Below are positions 58,320 through 64,000 of a stretch of 64,000 nt of DNA, piece after piece. Source of the DNA: Neocallimastix sp. 'constans'. Its lineage: Eukaryota. The DNA lies in contig JBODTK010000148.1 in the NCBI GenBank assembly GCA_050613775.1, positions 248,001 to 312,000 on the forward strand, read 5' to 3'. A program made the translations under genes and the position numbers. Each line of letters opens with the position of its first letter. Positions within the stretch are counted from its first letter, which is position 1. The notes beneath the pieces were generated by a model that was not told the origin of the DNA, made no database searches, and saw only the letters and a list, made by a program, of their open reading frames with translations.

Positions 58320-60215
58320 TTATTCTTTGAAAATTAAATTTGTAAATTTTGTCATTTGTACTCCTGAGATACTTTTAGTTAATGGATCAGCTAACATGTT
58401 TTCAGTATTAATGTATTCTAATTCAATTTCGTTTTTCATAATCTCTTCTTGAATAAATTTATATCTTAAATCTATATGTTTACATCTTCCTTTAGAATTT
58501 GTATCTTGAGCAATTGCAATGCATGCCTTATTATCTACCATAATTTTAAATTTTATATCTTGATTAAATATTTCCTTAAATAAATTTTTGAACCATAAAG
58601 CTTGTTTAGTACATTCAGTTAAACTAACAAATTCAGCTTCAGCAGTAGATAAAGTTACGTTTTTCTGTAACTGAGATTTCCATGAAATAGGGCTTTTTCC
58701 AAGTAAAAATATATATCCACTTGTAGATCTTCTCGTCTTTTCATCGTTAGCAAAATCTGAATCTGAGTATCCGATAAATTTATTATTTTTATTATAATGT
58801 AAAGATTTATTTTTCGTACCATTTAAATATTGTAAGATGCTCATTAAATTTTTATAATCAGCTTCTGTTGGATTTTCACATATTCTTGATGCTTCACTTA
58901 CAGAAAACATTATATCAGGCCTTGACTTTACAGCGATATATAGTAACGCACCAAGTAAAAATTTATATTCTTTTGGATCTATTAAATTTGAATTATTTCT
59001 TTCATGTTCTGTAATTTTCCTGCATGGTGTTTTAATTTGTTTTGTTTTCTTCATATTATATTTTTCTATTATTTTATTAATATAATCTATCTGATTTATT
59101 TTATAACCATCACTTGTTTTATAAATATTTATACCTATTATTTTAGTTGCATTAGAATCTTTAGAAATTTTATACTTATCTTTTAATTTGCTTACTGTAT
59201 AGTTTATTTCATTTTTAATTCCTGTTATTAAAATATCATCTACATATAATGTTAGTAAACATGTTAATTTATTATTTTTATTATATTTCCCAAAGAGACA
59301 TTTGTCAGTTTTGTAATTTCTAAAACCTATACTTACTAAGTAATTTGATATTTCATTATACCACATTCTTCCAGCCTGTTTTAAACCATAAAGAGCTTTT
59401 TTAAGTAGCCAGAATTTATTAGTATTAAAATTTTTATCACCATAAGGAATCTTTGTATAAATCTTTTCTTCCAAATTTGCATTCAAGTAAGCAGCTTTTA
59501 TATCCAATTGTTTCAAATCCCATTTGAACTTTGATGCAATAGCGACCGTAAGTCTTAGACTATCTGCTTGGACTGTTGGGGAGTATGTCTCTATAAAGTC
59601 TTCTCCAGCAATTTGCTGACAACCAAGAGCCACTAATCTTGCTTTTTTCTTCTTTTTATCCTTTTCGGCAAAGACCCATTTAGTACCAATTATATTTGCG
59701 TCAGCTGGTATGTTTTTTACCACTTTCATAACATTGTTGTCGTACATATTTTTTAATTCGTCATCTATTGCTTCTTTCCATTCTTCACTTTCTGGTGAAT
59801 TAATAGCTTGTTGATACGTTGTTGGGATATTTGTTTTAATATTTAAAATTTTAAATCTTTTATTACTTACTGATTGTAATTTTTCTTTTCTGGAAGTTAA
59901 ATTTTCTTCATCTGAATCATCTGAATTATTGCTATGTGATCTTTTCTTGTTTATATATTTAAGTTTTCTTTCATTTAAAAATTCATTATCAGATTCACTA
60001 TTATATTCATTTTCTTCTATTTTAGTTTTATTATTATTATTAATAATTTTATTACTATTATTATTATTGTCATTATTATAAATATCTTTGTAATTATCAT
60101 AATTATTATTAATATCATTGTTATAAATATCGTTGTTATTATCATAATTATTATTATAATTATTATTAATATCATTGTTATAAATATCGTTGTTGTTATC
60201 ATAATTATTATTATA

Positions 60216-60250
<35 letters not shown>

Positions 60251-60256
60251 AATTGC

Positions 60257-60293
<37 letters not shown>

Positions 60294-62849
60294 TAAAGGA
60301 TTATTTAATTGTGAATGAATATTATTATTATCATTTATACTTTCCCCCTCAATTAAAGAATCCTTAAAATTAATAATAGAATCAATATATTTATCACAAA
60401 AGAATGTAGTATTAATAGTTCCAGGCATATCTTCCATAAAATAAACATCTCTTGAAGTAACTATAGAGTTAGTAGAAATATCTAAAATTTTGTAGCCAAG
60501 AGAGTCAGATGCATATCCTAAAAATATACCAGGTTTAGAGTTATTGTCAAATTTATTCGTTTTGGGATTGTTATAGAAAAATGCTTTACATCCAAAAACT
60601 TTAAGGTGAGAAATATCAACTGATTTATTGAAAAATAATTCATTTGGAATTTTATTATTAATACTCTGATGTGGATTCAAGTTATAGAGGTAAGCAGCAC
60701 AAAGAATAGCGGAATCCCAAAACTTGTAGGGTAGCTTAGCAGAGTTTAATAGAGTAGATGCGCAACGATTAAGTGTTTGATTTAAGCGTTCAGCACGACC
60801 ATTTTGTTGTGGGTAACCAGGAACTGAATGAATGAAATTAATTCCAAAATTTTCTAAATAGGTAGTTAAAGTTTTGTTGATATACTCAGTACCATTGTCA
60901 GATTTGAAATTTATAATTTTATATGAAGTAGTATTGGAAATAAATTTATGAAATTTAATAAATATGTTAGGAACATCAGACTTATTCTTGATAAGGTAGA
61001 CCCAAATTTTTCTAGAGAAATCATCAAGAAAAGTAACATAATAATTGAAATCATTATATGATGTTTCCAATTTTCCAACTACATCAGAATGAACTAGTTC
61101 CATAGGTTTTGAAGCATTATTAGGGGAAGAGTAGAATGGTTTTCTCTTTAATTTAGTGATTTTGCATTGGCGACAATTTTTATCATTATGGTATTTAGTA
61201 TGCTCAATGACAAAATCTTTGATATCATTATTATAAAAGTGTCCCAAACGAGCATGCCACAAGTTAGTATCAATGCTGAAAACATAATTCTTAGATATAG
61301 TATTATTTGAAGGTATTGTATCAAACACGAATAAATTTTCATCATTCGCAAAAATATTTGCAATTAACTTATTATTTTTGAATATTTGTAAACGGTCTTT
61401 GTTATTTACGCGTTTCATTATAATAGTGCATCCATTTTTTAATATTGAATGAGTGGAAATTAGATTGTTTTGAATATTTGACGCGTAATAAACATTTGAT
61501 AATATAAAATCTTTATTTTTAAATTTACCATTGTAAGTACCTACATTTTCGACCTTGTCTAAATCACCATTTGGATAAATGATATTTTTATTATTTACTT
61601 TATTTATATTGTTTAAATTGTTGATGTTATTAGTTAAGTTGATGCCAGTACCACTATCAATAATCCAATGTGTGGAATTATTATTATTATTTATTGTTGT
61701 ATAATTACAATTTTGAATTACTGAAATACTTCCTGTAAAATCAATGTATACCTCATCTTCATTTTCATTATTATTTTCAAAAAAATTATTGTTATTATTA
61801 TTAGATTTATCATTGTTCTTATTAATAATATTTCCAGAGTAATAATTATTTTTGTTATTATATCTTTTATAATAATTTTTATTTTTGTAATTATTATTTT
61901 TATAATTTTTATCATTATCATCTGATTTATTATTTTCTCTAATTAAAAGATTATATTTACAATGATCAGTAGTGTGACCTTTAGTTTTGCATATATGACA
62001 ATAATATTCGTTACGAATTTTATTAGTATTATTATAATTTTTATTATTATTTGGTTTATTTTTATTTATATTATTGACATTTGAATCGTTTATAACGGTA
62101 GTTTTTGACCTTAAAATTTCGGCTTTTTCAAAAAAGTCATGCCTTTTGTTTAATTCTTTAATAAGATCATCAAAAGTTTTATAACTATAAATTGGTGGTG
62201 AATTTATACCAATTCTATCTAATTCATTTACTGCAAATAAAAGTTTAGTTTCCTCATCAAAAGGAATTCTTTTTAATTTATTAGATTCAAATTTATGTCG
62301 TTCGAAAAGATTGTTTAATTCATTAATATATTGAATATAGTCATTGTTTATTAACTTAAGATTAATAATTTTATATTCAAGAATATTTAATAGTGCTTGG
62401 CCAGATTGATAGAAACGGTTTTTTAATCTATCAATCATACTATAAGCAGTTTTACATCCTCGTAAATATTCTTGGTTTGATTTTTCTAAACTATTTATTA
62501 TGATAGATTGAACCGCATTATCCGATTTTATTTGACCTCTGTTCATATTTGAATATTGGATTTCTTTTTCAATATAAATATCTAAATCATTGGCAATGAG
62601 ATGCCTCTTTAAAGGCTCATACCAATCTAAGAAATTTTCTTTATTTAATACGAAATCTTTAATTTCAAAAACAGATTTAGTTATATTTCCATAATATTTG
62701 TTTATGATAATCCTTTTATCATTGGATTCATCATCTTCATATGAAGAAATCGATTCATCGTCCTTATTTTCAGTTGGATTCGATGAACTCGAACTCTCTT
62801 CAATATGATTATTATTGTTATTCTTTCTTTTAGCCATTCTTTGGAACAT
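58320..62849 (-). CDS. Ty1/copia gag-pol polyprotein
   Basis: Zinc knuckle CHICKTKGHTTDHC, protease WIIDSGT, integrase SDNGTEY and QQNGRAER, RT LYVDDIL, RNase H MLADPLTK. Copia domain order. Confidence 0.98.
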
Positions 62850-62936
62850 TAATATAAAATAATTAATTATATTATAAAGTCATTAAAATCATTAAAATGT
62901 TTTAAAAATTAAAATTAATAATAGGTCTCTTGATAT

Positions 62937-62951
62937 ATGAGACTCTTAATC
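62937..62951 (-). promoter_or_regulatory. Primer-binding site complementary to the anticodon arm of tRNA-Lys(CUU)
   Basis: Plus strand ATGAGACTCTTAATC abuts the 5' LTR and matches the conserved eukaryotic tRNA-Lys(CTT) arm as I recall it (CATGAGACTCTTAATCTCAG). Confidence 0.8.
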
Positions 62952-63194
62952 TGTTAAGGAGTCAATATAAGATATGATGTGTACACAACAAAATGTATTA
63001 TTATTTAATTAAATTTAATTTATTATTTATTAATTTATATGATTTAAAAAAGTATTTAAAAAGACTCAAAATATTAATTTCATAAAAAAATTTTCTTTTT
63101 ATATTTTACATACAAATTATTACTTAATCAAATATTATAAATATTTATTATACTTTAATGTACAAAAGTTTAAATATTATGTTGAACTTTAACA
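62952..63194 (-). repeat. 5' LTR of the copia element
   Basis: Direct repeat of 57975-58217. Confidence 0.97.
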
Positions 63195-63559
63195 AAATTA
63201 ATACTATTAAGATTCATTTTCTATCGTTAATAATTAATTTTTAATATAAATATTTTTAATATATTAAATTTCATATATTATTTTCTATATTACTACAATT
63301 ATTATAGTAATAATATTTTTATTACTTTTCTATTATTTAATTAATCACTTAATAAAAATGATAAATATTAATACTATTATTATTATTAACTTTTATATTA
63401 AAGAACATAATTACAAAAAATTATATTTTTAATTATTATATTTATCATTACTAGCAAAAATTATAATTTTTAATTATATTATTAGTAAGATATATGAATT
63501 GTTTATATTACATATAAAAATTTATTTTATATTGAAATTTAATATGAGCATTTAAAAAT

Positions 63560-63782
63560 TGTTAAGGCGTTACACAGAATGTTTTGTACACGATATTTAT
63601 ATTATTATATATTTATTTATTAATTAATTATGATTTTATATTTTTTTATTATAAAAGGACTTAATTATTTAATATTATACATTAATTCAATATTTAATCT
63701 TTCACGTACACATTATATCATTAATATACTTTATAATATCTTAATGTATTTTACTTAACATTCCCCCTACATTAAGTATTAT

Positions 63783-63869
<87 letters not shown>

Positions 63870-64000
63870 CTATATATACAAATAATGAAAAATAATAATA
63901 TATTTTTTAACTATATATACAAATAATGAATAATAATAAAAAAAATTTTTTTTTTTAATCTGTAAAAATTAAATTTGTATAATGATTCATTTTTATGACT
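63560..64000 (-). mobile_element. 3' end of a second, related copia element running off the window
   Basis: LTR-like TGTTAAGG...TTAACA at 63560-63760, followed by the same TTCCCCCTACATTAAGTATT PPT region. Pol end KMNHYTNLIFTD* at 64000-63955 resembles QMTKFTNLIFKE*. Confidence 0.85.

Larger units (their letters stand above)
57975..63194 (-). mobile_element. Full-length Ty1/copia LTR retrotransposon
   Basis: 243-bp LTRs at 57975-58217 and 62952-63194 with TGTTAA...TTAACA termini. 5-bp TSD AAATT on both sides. PPT AGGGGGAA next to the 3' LTR. Intact ORF. Confidence 0.98.

Noticed and set aside
62937..62951. tRNA-Lys gene
   Set aside because: Only the anticodon arm matches. There is no cloverleaf, so it is treated as a PBS.

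Overview
Extremely AT-rich eukaryotic DNA with many short GT-AG introns, long homopolymers and microsatellites. Composition and gene content point to an anaerobic gut fungus (Neocallimastigomycota); this is inference, not a database result. Apparently intact genes: G-protein beta subunit, a ~19-exon GH20 (GcnA-like) hexosaminidase, ILV6, an intronless GAPDH, a secreted Glu/Asn-rich protein, and a single-pass LRR receptor-like gene in which each LRR sits on its own phase-2 exon. Decayed sequence: an internally collapsed FAS alpha pseudogene, a tandem LRR pseudogene, a bacterial-type permuted GH3 pseudogene, and Ty3/gypsy, LINE and Mutator remnants. The right end holds a young intact Ty1/copia element whose primer-binding site matches the anticodon arm of tRNA-Lys(CUU), plus the 3' end of a related element. 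Exon boundaries were read by eye and may be off by a few bases. Most low-complexity ORFs in the track are artefacts.
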